This document shows, in pieces, positions 39,015-49,684 of a stretch of DNA of 64,000 nt (the stretch's first letter is position 1; each line of letters opens with the position of its first letter). The DNA comes from Gemmatimonas sp. (GTDB lineage: Bacteria; Gemmatimonadota; Gemmatimonadetes; Gemmatimonadales; Gemmatimonadaceae). The notes beneath the pieces were generated by a model. That model had not been told where the DNA came from and ran no database searches. It worked only from the letters and a program-made list of their open reading frames with translations. The position numbers and the translations under genes were made by a program. The stretch spans positions 736,001 to 800,000 of the forward strand of contig OZ257156.1 in assembly GCA_965279375.1 (NCBI GenBank), in the 5' to 3' direction.

Positions 39015-42000
39015 ATGCCACGTTCGGTCCTCACCGTTGCCGCTGTTGCGGTCGGCGCTGCGCTGACGCTCGCCACTGCACCGTGCGCTGTCGCACAGTG
39101 GATCACGGCGCAGTCCGCCTCATCGACGCGCCCCACTGCCGACGCGCGGCTCTCGTTCGCGGAGCCGGGCCTCGCGCCCGATGGCCGAGAGATCGCATTT
39201 GTGTCGGCCGGTGACATCTGGACCGTGCCCGTCACCGGCGGCGAGGCACGCCTGCTCGTGGCGCATCCGGCCAACGAGTCTCGGCCGCTCTACTCCCCGG
39301 ACGGAACGCGACTCGCCTTCGTCTCGAATCGCGCCGGCAGCAACGATGTGTGGTTGCTCACGCTCGCCACGGGAGCGCTGCGGCGGCTCACGTTCGACGA
39401 CGGCAACGAATCGCTGGACAGCTGGTCGCGTGACGGTGCCTACCTCTACATCTCAAGTACGGCGCACGACATCTCGAGCATGAACGATGTCTATCGCGTG
39501 CGTGCCGACGGCGGCACCCCGATGCCCGTCGCGGCCGATCGCTATGCGAGCGAGTTCATGGCCGCGCCGAACGCCGATGGTTCGGTCACTGCCATCGTGG
39601 CGCGTGGCTTCGGGCTCTCGCAGTGGTGGCGCAAGGGGCGCAGTCACCTCGACGAAAGCGAACTGTGGCTGGTGCGCGGCGACGGCACCAAGTCGCCGGC
39701 GTACGAACAGCTCATGCCGCGTGGCGCCCGTCAGCTGTGGCCCATGTGGAGTGCCGACGGACGCGCGCTCTACTTCGTCTCGGACCGCAATGGCACGCAG
39801 AACCTCTGGCGCAAGCCGCTCACCGGTGACGCCGCACCACTCACCCGCTTCACGACGGGACGCGTGCTCTGGCCATCGATCGCTGGCGACGGCAAGACGA
39901 TCGCGTTCGAGCGTGACTTCGGCATCTGGACCGTCGATGTCGCCAGTGGAAGCGCCCGCGAGGTCCCGATCACGCGTCGTGGCGCAGTGACCGGCGATGC
40001 GGTCCAGCACGTCAGCCTAACCGGCGGCTTCAGCGAACTTTCACTCTCACCCGACGGCCGCAAGACCGCGTTCGTGGCACGCGGCGAGGTGTTCGTCGCC
40101 AGCGGCGCCGAAGGCGGCGACGCGTTGCGAGTCACGACGAGCAGCGGCATCGAAACGCATGTGGCCTGGACGCCGGATTCACGTGGCCTCGTGTACGCGG
40201 GCAATCGCGACGGACAGTGGCGCCTCTTCCACTACGATCTCGCGCAGACACGCGAGACGCCGCTCACGAACAGCGGCGCCAGCGATCTCGCTCCGCGCGT
40301 CTCCCCAGACGGCAAGCAGGTGGCGTATCTCCATGGCGACGAGCTGCGCGTGCTCGCCCTCGACACGAAAGCCGTCCGTTCGCTGGCCAAGGGCGTGTTC
40401 GGTCGGGCGCCCATGGTGTCGCATGGCGGCATCACGTGGTCGCCTGACGGCCGATGGATCGCGTACCTGACGGCCGGCACCAAGATGTTCGTCAACGCAT
40501 GGGTGGTGCCTTCGGCGGGCGGCCCAGCGAAGCAGGTGAGTTGGCTGGCGAATACGCGCGCCAACGGCATCTCATGGAGTGCCGACGGCGCCTATCTGCT
40601 CATGGACACCGGCATGCGCATGGAAGCCGGGCAAGTCGCCCGCATCGATCTGTTGCCGTACACACCACGCTTCCGCGAAGAGCAGCTCGAAGCGCTCTTC
40701 CGCGACGAGACGCCGGGCCGCATCACCGCGCCACCGACACCGCGTCCGGCCGCCGACAGCGCGGCGCGCACCGACGGATTCAAGGCCGATCCCCGGAACG
40801 TGCGCATCGTGTTCGACGGTATCCGCAATCGTCTCAGCTTCCTGCCGTTGGGCGTGGACGTCGGCGTGCAGACACTCTCGCGCGACGGCAAGCAGCTCGC
40901 CGTAACGGCGGTGGTCGCCAATCAGCCGACGATCTACCTGTACGCGCTGGACGATCTCGCCGCCGAACCCGCCGTCGCACGTCCGGTGGTCAGCTCGAGC
41001 AGCGGAAAAGGCGCCGTGCAGTTCGCGCCCGACGGCAAGTCGCTGTGGTATCTCGACGGCGGACGCATCACTTCATTGGCACTCGATACGCGCACGACCA
41101 AACCGCTCGCCGTGCGGGCCGACCTCGACGTGGACTTCCATCGTGAAAAATGGGACGTCTTCCACCAGGCGTGGGAGTATCTCAACGACAACTTCTACGA
41201 CCCGAAGTTCCACGGCGTGAATTGGGAACAGATGCATGGTGCGTATGCGCCGTACATCGCCGGAGCCGGCACCCCGGACGAGATGCGGCGCATCCTCTCG
41301 CTCATGATCGGTGAGCTCGACGCCTCGCACATGGGCATCAATGCGCCCGCTGGCGCCCCAGCAGCACCCACCGGTCGTCTGGGCCTCGAGTTCGATCGAG
41401 CGGCGTACGAGCAGCGGGGCGAGTTTCGCATCAGCGCGGTAATCCCGGGCGGTGCCGCTGATGCCACGGGCGGCGTGCGCGTCGGCGATCGATTGCTCGC
41501 GATCGATGGCGCGTCGCTCGCCCGTAGCACCAATCTCGACTCGTTGCTCGCGTACAAGGCGGGCAAGCGCGTCGTGCTCTCCCTCGCCGGCGCTGACAAC
41601 GCGGCATCCACGCCGCGCACGATCGCCGTGAGCGCACGAACGGCTGGGCTCGAGAAGGTGGCGCTGTACCGCGCCTGGATCGATGAGCGACGCACCATCG
41701 TCGCCAAGGCGAGCAACGGGACGCTTGGCTACGCACACATGTTCGACATGGGCAACAACGCGCTCGCCAACCTCACCACCGATCTCGACGACGAGAATCA
41801 GACGCGCAGCGGACTCGTGATCGACGTGCGCAACAACAACGGCGGCTTCATGAATGGCCACGCGCTGGATGTGTTGCAGCGCCGGTCGTACGTGATCATG
41901 CAACGTCGCGACGCGCAGCCCGTGCCGGGACGCCCGGTGCTCGGCCAGCGCGCCATCGACATGCCCACCATTGCCATCACCAGTCAGCACACGCTCTCCG

Positions 42001-42293
42001 ATGGCGAGAACTTCACCGAGGGTTATCGCACGCTGGGACTCGGCAAGGTCGTGGGCGAGCCCACCGCCGGCTGGGACGTGTACACGAGCGCCGGCACGAT
42101 GGTCGATGGCACGTCGGTGCGGTTGCCGTTCATGACCAACGCGCAGCGCGATATGGTGCCGCTCGAACGCCGTTCACGCGCCGTCGACATCCCGATCGAT
42201 CGTCCGATGGGCGAGAGTTACACCGGTCGCGATACGCAGCTGGAGCGCGCGGTGGCCGAGTTGCTCAGAAGCATCGGTAGTGGAGCGCGTTGA
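39015..42293 (+). CDS. Tricorn-like S41 peptidase (PD40 propellers, PDZ, S41)
   Basis: SPDG repeats, GELDASH, PDZ (VGDRLLAIDG), IDVRNNNGG, SDGENF, GKVVGEPTAG. Confidence 0.92.
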   Translation: MPRSVLTVAAVAVGAALTLATAPCAVAQWITAQSASSTRPTADARLSFAEPGLAPDGREIAFVSAGDIWTVPVTGGEARLLVAHPANESRPLYSPDGTRLAFVSNRAGSNDVWLLTLATGALRRLTFDDGNESLDSWSRDGAYLYISSTAHDISSMNDVYRVRADGGTPMPVAADRYASEFMAAPNADGSVTAIVARGFGLSQWWRKGRSHLDESELWLVRGDGTKSPAYEQLMPRGARQLWPMWSADGRALYFVSDRNGTQNLWRKPLTGDAAPLTRFTTGRVLWPSIAGDGKTIAFERDFGIWTVDVASGSAREVPITRRGAVTGDAVQHVSLTGGFSELSLSPDGRKTAFVARGEVFVASGAEGGDALRVTTSSGIETHVAWTPDSRGLVYAGNRDGQWRLFHYDLAQTRETPLTNSGASDLAPRVSPDGKQVAYLHGDELRVLALDTKAVRSLAKGVFGRAPMVSHGGITWSPDGRWIAYLTAGTKMFVNAWVVPSAGGPAKQVSWLANTRANGISWSADGAYLLMDTGMRMEAGQVARIDLLPYTPRFREEQLEALFRDETPGRITAPPTPRPAADSAARTDGFKADPRNVRIVFDGIRNRLSFLPLGVDVGVQTLSRDGKQLAVTAVVANQPTIYLYALDDLAAEPAVARPVVSSSSGKGAVQFAPDGKSLWYLDGGRITSLALDTRTTKPLAVRADLDVDFHREKWDVFHQAWEYLNDNFYDPKFHGVNWEQMHGAYAPYIAGAGTPDEMRRILSLMIGELDASHMGINAPAGAPAAPTGRLGLEFDRAAYEQRGEFRISAVIPGGAADATGGVRVGDRLLAIDGASLARSTNLDSLLAYKAGKRVVLSLAGADNAASTPRTIAVSARTAGLEKVALYRAWIDERRTIVAKASNGTLGYAHMFDMGNNALANLTTDLDDENQTRSGLVIDVRNNNGGFMNGHALDVLQRRSYVIMQRRDAQPVPGRPVLGQRAIDMPTIAITSQHTLSDGENFTEGYRTLGLGKVVGEPTAGWDVYTSAGTMVDGTSVRLPFMTNAQRDMVPLERRSRAVDIPIDRPMGESYTGRDTQLERAVAELLRSIGSGAR

Positions 42294-42357
42294 TCGGTCG
42301 GGTTTGCGAAGGTTGTCGTCGAACGCGTCTCGCGACGCCGCCGCTACCTACTCGCAA

Positions 42358-43344
42358 CTACTCGCCCGCGCCCGCGTCTCGACCAGTGAGCGTCACCGTT
42401 TCCCGTACCTCCCACGGCTGCCCGTTGATTTGCTCGATCAGCGCGACTGCACGGAACGTGACTGACAGCGGCACGGGCAGCGCGCCGAGCTTTGCCTCGA
42501 TATTCCCCGGCGCGCGCGGATTTCGCGGATGCGCCAGGGTGAGATGGGCCTCGGGCGTGCGAATCGCGTCTGAGTCAAGCGCGCGGACACGCAACTGCTG
42601 AAAGGCGGTCGCGCCGTCGACGCACGGGAGCAGCAGGCCGTGTCCGTCAAAGCGACGCGGTGCGCCGAAAATGAGCGTCACCGGCGACTCCGTCGCGAGA
42701 CGTTGCCATAGGGCCGGCAGCTCGAGGTCCACGATCTCGTCCTCGCGACAGAGCGTCACGTGCGCCGCGATCAGGTCACGCTGCACCGGGTCCAGCTGCT
42801 GGCGCAGCGGCTCGAGCCACGGTGCAGTGCCGTCCGGCACGAACAGCGTGAGCTGTCGTCGCACGGATGGGAGTTGGCGAGGGCCCGTGGTTCGTTGCGC
42901 CGCGCGAATCTCCGTCCACTCCATCCAGTACTCACTGAGCGGTCGAGCGCCGCGCTGTGCGTAGAACGCGCGGGCGGCTGCATTCTCCGGTTCCACGTTG
43001 ACACATACGCGGGCGGCGTGCTGCTCAACGAACCATTCGGCGATCAAGTGAAAGAGCTCGTCCGCAACGCCGTGGCGTCGGTATTCCGGCAGCACGAAGA
43101 TCCACTGGAGCTCGCCGTCACACGCAAAGCGATGGGTCAGGTGACCGGCGACGAATCCGACGACAATACCGGCGGCCTCCGCGACAAACGCGACACGCTG
43201 AGGCTGCGCGTGTTGCGGGTGATGCTCGCCGGCGAGATAGCGCGCCATCGTGGCGGCACCGGCGCCGCCCGACCATTGGCCCGTCTCTCGGGCCACTCCC
43301 ATGGCCGTGGCATCGTCCGGCGTCGCCTCGCGATAGGTGATCAT
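42358..43344 (-). CDS. GNAT acetyltransferase fused to a 2H phosphoesterase (2'-5' RNA ligase-like) domain
   Basis: FVLPEYRRHGVA..N..ARAFY; then RQLTLFV..AHVTLCRE..AHLTLAHP in one frame. Confidence 0.8.
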   Translation of the reverse strand: MITYREATPDDATAMGVARETGQWSGGAGAATMARYLAGEHHPQHAQPQRVAFVAEAAGIVVGFVAGHLTHRFACDGELQWIFVLPEYRRHGVADELFHLIAEWFVEQHAARVCVNVEPENAAARAFYAQRGARPLSEYWMEWTEIRAAQRTTGPRQLPSVRRQLTLFVPDGTAPWLEPLRQQLDPVQRDLIAAHVTLCREDEIVDLELPALWQRLATESPVTLIFGAPRRFDGHGLLLPCVDGATAFQQLRVRALDSDAIRTPEAHLTLAHPRNPRAPGNIEAKLGALPVPLSVTFRAVALIEQINGQPWEVRETVTLTGRDAGAGE

Positions 43345-43790
43345 CTCGCAGCGCTGCTCCACATCGCCTCGAGTACTGTCGCGATCCGTTCGAGTTGGGG
43401 ACACAGGAACCGATCCTGTCGAATGCCCGCGTCCCATTCCGTCCTGCGCAGGAGCGGCAGCCACCGCACCGCCGTCAGCTCGGCGACACCGTCTTGGCCA
43501 GTCGCGGCCGGCTCGCCGCTCACGAGTGTGCAGGCGAAGGTCCGCCATCGCGTGTAGGTACCGTCCGGCGGTTCGGCCGGCACATCGTCGACAATGTCGC
43601 CCACATCAACCACGACGCCCAGCTCTTCGCGAACCTCGCGCAACACCGCCTCAGCGTCGCTTTCGCCCGCCTCTCGACCGCCACCGGGCAGCACCCAGAA
43701 CGCCGTCCCATTGGCGAGCGTGATCTGCACGAGCAGAACACAGCGATCGCGCACAATCGCTGCTTGCAGGCGTGTATCGCGAATCGTCAT
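43341..43790 (-). CDS. NUDIX hydrolase
   Basis: Nudix box GGREAGESDAEAVLREVREELG; ATGA overlap with next gene. Confidence 0.9.
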   Translation of the reverse strand: MTIRDTRLQAAIVRDRCVLLVQITLANGTAFWVLPGGGREAGESDAEAVLREVREELGVVVDVGDIVDDVPAEPPDGTYTRWRTFACTLVSGEPAATGQDGVAELTAVRWLPLLRRTEWDAGIRQDRFLCPQLERIATVLEAMWSSAAR

Positions 43791-43799
43791 GGCGAAGAT

Positions 43800-44630
43800 C
43801 TACAGCGTCGCGTCCAAACAGTTTCCGTGCGATCGCGCCAGATCGGACGGAGCGCGTTCCGCGACAGGAGCGTCATCTGGTCCCCGCCTTGGGATGTCCG
43901 ACCTTCGACCCGTTGCTCTCGCTGAGCAACCCCTCGGCGCGCCGTGGCGTCGTGTCGTCGATCGATCGACATAGGTATCGCCGCTGATGGCGTCCACTTT
44001 GCCGTTTTCGACGGTACCCACGCCGTTTGGGCGGATGGCGTCCGGCGAGGCGGGCGCATCGTGCGGGCGCTTGGTGGCCGAGGTCGCCGCACCCTTCGCG
44101 TGCTCGCGTCGTTCACTCGCGAGCTGCCGCAACGTGGCGGCAAGGCTCGTCGTGCCGTCGGCGCCAAGTACATCGACGATCGTCCATCGGCCGCGCGCCG
44201 CGCGCACGTCCGCGAAGGCGACCGGCGTGGGAGTCCGCTTGCCACCACATATCGCGAAGACGGGGACGCGAAAGCCACCATACTTTCGCATTGCACTCCC
44301 GACTGCGCTCGCCTCGCACGGGTCCTGGCTATTGAGGAACGGATCAGCATCGAGGCCCACGATCTCGTCGCGGACCTTGGCCTGCGCCGACAGGTCGGCG
44401 GCGAGCGCGCGCGCCAACGCCTGATCGAGTACACTGCGACGTTCGCGAAGCGCGACCGCGGCCGCGGGCTCTCGCGTTGCTGCGACTGCCTTGGGCGCAT
44501 ACCAACGGTAGAACGTCTCCACGAAGCGCTGCGCGGCCTGCGCAGAGTCCGCGACAGGCTTCTGCGCCGATGCGCGACGGGCGCACGCCAGAAGTACGAG
44601 CACACACGTGGATCGTCGAAGCCACGTCAC
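43800..44630 (-). CDS. Secreted DUF3828/YbjP-like protein (C-terminal tail doubtful)
   Basis: AGGAG + GTG 44630; FVETFYRWY..GLDADPFLNSQD..GRWTIVDV. Confidence 0.6.
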   Translation of the reverse strand: MTWLRRSTCVLVLLACARRASAQKPVADSAQAAQRFVETFYRWYAPKAVAATREPAAAVALRERRSVLDQALARALAADLSAQAKVRDEIVGLDADPFLNSQDPCEASAVGSAMRKYGGFRVPVFAICGGKRTPTPVAFADVRAARGRWTIVDVLGADGTTSLAATLRQLASERREHAKGAATSATKRPHDAPASPDAIRPNGVGTVENGKVDAISGDTYVDRSTTRRHGAPRGCSARATGRRSDIPRRGPDDAPVAERAPSDLARSHGNCLDATL

Positions 44631-44762
44631 GGGAATTCTCCTACGGGAGTGATGGTGCATGTTCCTAACCCTTCGTTGCACCAACGCGAGCGAGAGCAAC
44701 AAACCCTTGCTGCGTGAAACGGCGTAGGCGCGCGGTACGGCACCGCACGACATCACCGCCCT

Positions 44763-46016
44763 CTAACCCACCCTGCGCAACCGCCGAATACTCACGATCC
44801 CCAACGCTGGCCCGATGGCCAGCACCGGAAAGACCCACTGCCACCCGATCCACCCCACCAGCGGCGGAATGAGCTGAATCGTGATCGTGGTGAGCAAAAA
44901 ACCGATCGACACCTGCAACGTCAGCGCCGTCCCCACCGCGTGCGCGGGCACACTCTCCGTCACCAACACGCTGAACTGCGCGCTGTCGGCAATCACGAAG
45001 AACCCCCACACCAGCGCGAGCGGCGCCAGGAGCCACCACGAGCGGCCCCACGCAAGGCCGATCGCCAAGGCGCAGCTGCCGCTGATCGACATCGCCCACG
45101 TCACCAGCTGCGCGCGCCCCACGCGATCGGCCACCAGCCCGCCCCACACGCAGCCGATGCCGCCCACGGCGATCACACCAAAACCAAGCACCGCCGCCAC
45201 GCGCGGATTGGCCACCGCACCCGTGCGCGCCGCGTGCACCGCATCGCTTGCGGCCAGAAACGCCGGAATCCACGTCCAGAACGAATACAGCTCCGCCATG
45301 TGCCCGAGATAGCCACCCGTCGACAACCGCCAGCGCGGCGACTGCACCACCTCGCGCGTTCGCGCCCAGGCAAACGGACGCGATGGAAATTCATACGGGC
45401 CGTCGCGATAGAGTGTGAACACGAGCGCGGCCGCGAGCAGCGCACTCGCCGACGACAACCACGTCACCAGCAGCACCGTCATCCCCGGCCACGCCTGCGC
45501 GAGATACGGTGTTGCCTTGCCGATCGTGAGCGCACCGACGATCGTGCCGACGGCCAGTCCGCGCCGCGCGCGAAACCATGTCGAGGCCATCTTCATCGCC
45601 GGCGGATAGACGCCGGCCAGACAACACCCCGCCGCGCCGCGCGACAACAGCGCGATCAGATAACTGTCGGTGTAGGCGAGCGCGAGATTCGCCAGCGCCC
45701 CTAGCACCGCGGCACCGGCGAAGAGCAATCGAGCCGGCAGCACGTCGGCGAGATTGAGCAACGCACTCAGCGCAGTCCCGGCGACGAACCCCAGCTGCAC
45801 CGCGGTGGTGAGCCACCCCACCTGCGACGACGTCAGCGACCACGACGTCGCCAGCGTCGGCCCGACCGCGCTCCCGGTGAACCAGAGCGACATCCCGAGC
45901 AACACCGCACAGGACACGAGCGCCAGCATGCGCCAGCGCGCGGGATCGCGATCGGTTTCCCGAGCGGTTTCCGTCGCGGTTTCGGTCGAGCCAGAGGACA
46001 ACGGAGCGATGGCCAT
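44763..46016 (-). CDS. MFS transporter
   Basis: LGMSLWFTGSAV, AVQLGFVAG, AGVYPPAMK, ADRVGR, ADSAQFS. Confidence 0.9.
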   Translation of the reverse strand: MAIAPLSSGSTETATETARETDRDPARWRMLALVSCAVLLGMSLWFTGSAVGPTLATSWSLTSSQVGWLTTAVQLGFVAGTALSALLNLADVLPARLLFAGAAVLGALANLALAYTDSYLIALLSRGAAGCCLAGVYPPAMKMASTWFRARRGLAVGTIVGALTIGKATPYLAQAWPGMTVLLVTWLSSASALLAAALVFTLYRDGPYEFPSRPFAWARTREVVQSPRWRLSTGGYLGHMAELYSFWTWIPAFLAASDAVHAARTGAVANPRVAAVLGFGVIAVGGIGCVWGGLVADRVGRAQLVTWAMSISGSCALAIGLAWGRSWWLLAPLALVWGFFVIADSAQFSVLVTESVPAHAVGTALTLQVSIGFLLTTITIQLIPPLVGWIGWQWVFPVLAIGPALGIVSIRRLRRVG

Positions 46017-46277
46017 GAGTCGCGCGGAAGCTAACCTCCTCACTCTCCCATTTGGCGCTGGCGTCACTCGCCCTGCACCCCAGTACTCGCGGTCGGACGA
46101 TTCCGGCGCCAGACTCTGTCGCATCAGCTTCGAACGCCGATCGCGCAGACGCGCCCGACGCACGCTCCCCGATTCGTGCGAATCGAACAGTGCGCCGTCC
46201 GCCTCGATTCGGTCACGCCCGTTTCCGTCTCGCTCGTTCCCGCCCTTCCAGACGCAGGACTCACCGGAGCCCCGCCC

Positions 46278-47546
46278 GTGATCACACGCCGGACACTGCT
46301 GGTCAATGCGGGAGCGGTCGGCGGTGCGCTGCTGACCGGCATCTCACCCGACGGCACACCACCGCAAACCGCGCCCAATTCGGCGAGCGCACCAGAAGCG
46401 CCACCGGCGCCGCCCACAGCGGTGGCCCCGGAAGACCCCACGCACCAACTGGGCGCCCCCACGTCCGGCCAAGGCGCGCGCTCTCCATTCGAGGCGCCGT
46501 CGCGCACACCGACCGGAGACACGGCGGGCAGCTCGCTCACGCCACACGGTGCCCTGCACGGAACCATCACGCCAGCCGATCTGCATTTCGAACGACACCA
46601 CTCGGGTGTGCCTCTCATCGATCCAACGCGCCATCGGCTCATGCTGCACGGCATGGTCGCGCGCCCACTCGCGTTCTCGCTCGACGATCTGCGCCGCTTT
46701 CCGCAGGTCACCCGCCCCTACTTCGTCGAATGCGCCGGCAACGGCCGAGCGGCGTATCGCAACCCCACGCCGGAACTCACGGCGCAGCGCGTTGCCGGAC
46801 TCGCCAGCAACACCGAGTGGACGGGCGTTCCCCTGCACTACCTGCTCGACGAAGCGGGCTTGGACTCGAAGTCGACGTGGTGCCTCGCTGAAGGCAGCGA
46901 CTCGTGTCTGCTGGCCCGATCGATTCCCGTCGCCAAGCTGCGTGACGATGCACTGGTCGTGTGGGCGCAGAACGGTGAGCCGCTGCGTCCAGCACAGGGC
47001 TATCCGATGCGACTGCTGCTCCCCGGCTGGGAGGGCAACACCAACGTGAAGTGGCTGCGCCGACTGGAGTTCGGCACGGCACCGTGGATGACTCGCTGGG
47101 AAACGTCCAAATACACCGACGTACTGGCCAACGGCACAGCACGAATCTTCAGCTTCGAGCAGGACGCCAAGTCGGTGATCACGTCGCCATCGCACCCCGA
47201 CGTGGTAGCTGCACGCGGCTGGTTGCCCGTGCGCGGCATCGCATGGTCGGGACGTGGCGCGATCACGCGGGTTGAAGTCAGCACGGACGGCGGCACAACG
47301 TGGCACGACGCGGAACTGTGCACGCCGCCAACTCCCAAGGCCCACGTGCGCTTTCAGCACATGTGGAAGTGGACGGGCGGCGAATCGTTGCTGCTCAGTC
47401 GCGCCACCGACGACACCGGCTACGTGCAGCCCACGCGCGCTGCACTGCTCGCCGCACGCGGCATCGGCACCGACTACCACTGCAACCAGATCGTCGGATG
47501 GAAGGTGCAGACGGACGGTCACGTCTTCTTTCACGGGCTCACCTGA
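46278..47546 (+). CDS. soxC: SoxC-like molybdopterin sulfite/sulfane dehydrogenase, Tat signal
   Basis: TRRTLL; GTITP..LHFERHHSG, ECAGNG, QNGEPLRPAQGYPMRL..GWEGNTNVKWLRR. Confidence 0.85.
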   Translation: MITRRTLLVNAGAVGGALLTGISPDGTPPQTAPNSASAPEAPPAPPTAVAPEDPTHQLGAPTSGQGARSPFEAPSRTPTGDTAGSSLTPHGALHGTITPADLHFERHHSGVPLIDPTRHRLMLHGMVARPLAFSLDDLRRFPQVTRPYFVECAGNGRAAYRNPTPELTAQRVAGLASNTEWTGVPLHYLLDEAGLDSKSTWCLAEGSDSCLLARSIPVAKLRDDALVVWAQNGEPLRPAQGYPMRLLLPGWEGNTNVKWLRRLEFGTAPWMTRWETSKYTDVLANGTARIFSFEQDAKSVITSPSHPDVVAARGWLPVRGIAWSGRGAITRVEVSTDGGTTWHDAELCTPPTPKAHVRFQHMWKWTGGESLLLSRATDDTGYVQPTRAALLAARGIGTDYHCNQIVGWKVQTDGHVFFHGLT

Positions 47547-48187
47547 TGCGCGCGACATCTCGCACCGCGACGCTCCTCTGCACATTCGCCTGCACACTCG
47601 CGGCGCTGCTCTCCGCCTGCACTCAGTCGCGCAACGACGTCACCACCACACGCACCGCCGGCGCCCACGCGCTCCCCACCGGTGAGCACTACGCACTCGG
47701 CGCCCCGATCGACAGCGCCACACTCGCCGCGTGGAACGTAGACGGTGGGCCCGGAGGCGCCGATCTCCCACCGGGCAGCGGTAGCGTCGCGACAGGCGAT
47801 GCGATCTACGTGAAACAGTGCGCGCGCTGCCACGGCGTGGGTGGCGTGGGCATGAGTGGACCGCCTGCGTATCCAGCACTGGTGGGACGCGACAGCGCGT
47901 ACGAAGGCTTCCGCTTCGCCAATCAATCCAAGTCGGTGAAGACCATCGGCAACTACTGGCCGTACGCCTACACCGTCTTCGACTACATCAAGCGCTCGAT
48001 GCCGCACGACATGCCGCGCTCACTCACCGACGACGAGATCTACGCCGTCACGGCGTATCTACTGCACGCCAACGGGTTGCTGCCACAGGACGCGACACTC
48101 GACGCGGCCAAGCTGCGTGCCGTGAAGATGCCATACCAGGACCGCTTCGTGCCGGATGAGCGCACCGGCGGGCCTGTGGTGCGCTGA
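47546..48187 (+). CDS. SoxD-like monoheme cytochrome c lipoprotein
   Basis: LSAC lipobox; LPPGSGSVATG, CARCHG, TIGNYWPYA.TVFDYIKRSMP; TGATG coupling to soxC. Confidence 0.85.
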   Translation: MRATSRTATLLCTFACTLAALLSACTQSRNDVTTTRTAGAHALPTGEHYALGAPIDSATLAAWNVDGGPGGADLPPGSGSVATGDAIYVKQCARCHGVGGVGMSGPPAYPALVGRDSAYEGFRFANQSKSVKTIGNYWPYAYTVFDYIKRSMPHDMPRSLTDDEIYAVTAYLLHANGLLPQDATLDAAKLRAVKMPYQDRFVPDERTGGPVVR

Positions 48188-49684
48188 TCATCCAGGATTC
48201 GCGACCTTCTCCGCTGTTACCAGAATCGAATCCAGCGCCGCTCGCGTATACAGGCGACCGTTGGCGATGACCGCACGGATCTTCGTCGTGTTGCGAATGT
48301 CGGCCAACGGATTGGCGTTGAGCAGCACGAGATCGGCCACGTGGCCCTTCGCGATCGTGCCCATCGTATCCGTCGCGGCGAGCTGACGTGCCGGCTCGAG
48401 AGTCGCCGCACGCAACGCTGCCAATGGCGACAGCCCGTTCTCGACGAACAGCTGCAGTTCGTCGTGCAGCGAGAACCCGGGAATCACATACGGGTTGAGC
48501 ACGTCCGTGCCGGCAAGCATGGGCACGCCAGCCGCCGCCATCGGCGCGATCAGCGAGAGCTGCAGACGATACGTACGCCGCGCGCGCTCCCAGTCCGCCT
48601 CGGTACGACTGCGAAAGCGTGGATCGGTCGCGGGGTCCCACGTCGCCATCAGGTAGCGTGGCATGTAGCGCAGCCGCGGATCCTTGCGCAGCGTCGAATC
48701 GTTCATGAAGGTGATGCCGCGCAACACGGTCAACGTCGGTACCTGCGCTGACTTGTTGCGTGCGAGCTCACGAAAGAGCGCTTTGCATTTGGGCATATCG
48801 AAGCTGGTGATCGACAGCTCACCCACCTCGGCGCGCGCGCGCTGCAAGGCGGCCAACGATCCGATCGATGTATCGAGTGCCGCGCGCAGTGTCGGTTCCG
48901 CATTCGAACACGCCGTCGTCACGCCATTCAGATGCTCCATCGTCCACATACCGGCGGCGCTCGCTTCCCGAATGGACAGCGCTTCGGGGACGTGGCCGGC
49001 AAAGCGAATGCCGCGAGCTTTCGCCGCGCGTGCGACGGCCAGGAACGCATCGCGCGTGAGCAGCGAATACACCTTGATGAAGTTCGCGCCGGCAGTGGCC
49101 AGCGAATCCACGATCGCGGCCGCCCGCGCCGGATCGCTCAACCGCACGCTCGTCGGCCAGATGGGATTGGCGCCATCCACGATATGTCCTGCGCCAACGA
49201 TGCGGGGCACAGTCGCCGATCGGTCCGCGTTGGCCGCGCGCGTCGCTTTGATCACGCGCACATCACCGAACATCTCGCGCACGCCCGTCACGCCGTTGGC
49301 GATGTAGAGCGGCATGAGCTGCTTGTCGAGAAACGGATACGCGGAGTGCACGTGAAAATCCCAGAGCCCCGGAATCACATAGGCACCCGCTCCGTCCACC
49401 ATCGTCGCGTTGGGCGGAAATGCCATGCGCGTGCGGTCCACACGCACGATGCGATTGCCCGTGACCACGATGTTCATTCCCGGCAGCAATCGCCCTGATG
49501 CCACATCGACGACGGTGGCGTTGGTGATCACGGTCGATTGCGAACTCGCGATGCTGTCGGCGCGCGACGGTTGCTGCGCAGCAGCCGATTGCGCGCTCGC
49601 GACGAGCGTCAACAGACAGGCGACCAGCATCGGCGCGACATGGGGACGGCACGATGCGGGACGGAAACGAGAGTGCTTCGACAT
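48188..49684 (-). CDS. Secreted amidohydrolase family protein
   Basis: IPGLWDFHVH, FIKVY, GH, EH, AGTD, GTIAKGHVADLVLL. Confidence 0.9.
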   Translation of the reverse strand: MSKHSRFRPASCRPHVAPMLVACLLTLVASAQSAAAQQPSRADSIASSQSTVITNATVVDVASGRLLPGMNIVVTGNRIVRVDRTRMAFPPNATMVDGAGAYVIPGLWDFHVHSAYPFLDKQLMPLYIANGVTGVREMFGDVRVIKATRAANADRSATVPRIVGAGHIVDGANPIWPTSVRLSDPARAAAIVDSLATAGANFIKVYSLLTRDAFLAVARAAKARGIRFAGHVPEALSIREASAAGMWTMEHLNGVTTACSNAEPTLRAALDTSIGSLAALQRARAEVGELSITSFDMPKCKALFRELARNKSAQVPTLTVLRGITFMNDSTLRKDPRLRYMPRYLMATWDPATDPRFRSRTEADWERARRTYRLQLSLIAPMAAAGVPMLAGTDVLNPYVIPGFSLHDELQLFVENGLSPLAALRAATLEPARQLAATDTMGTIAKGHVADLVLLNANPLADIRNTTKIRAVIANGRLYTRAALDSILVTAEKVANPG

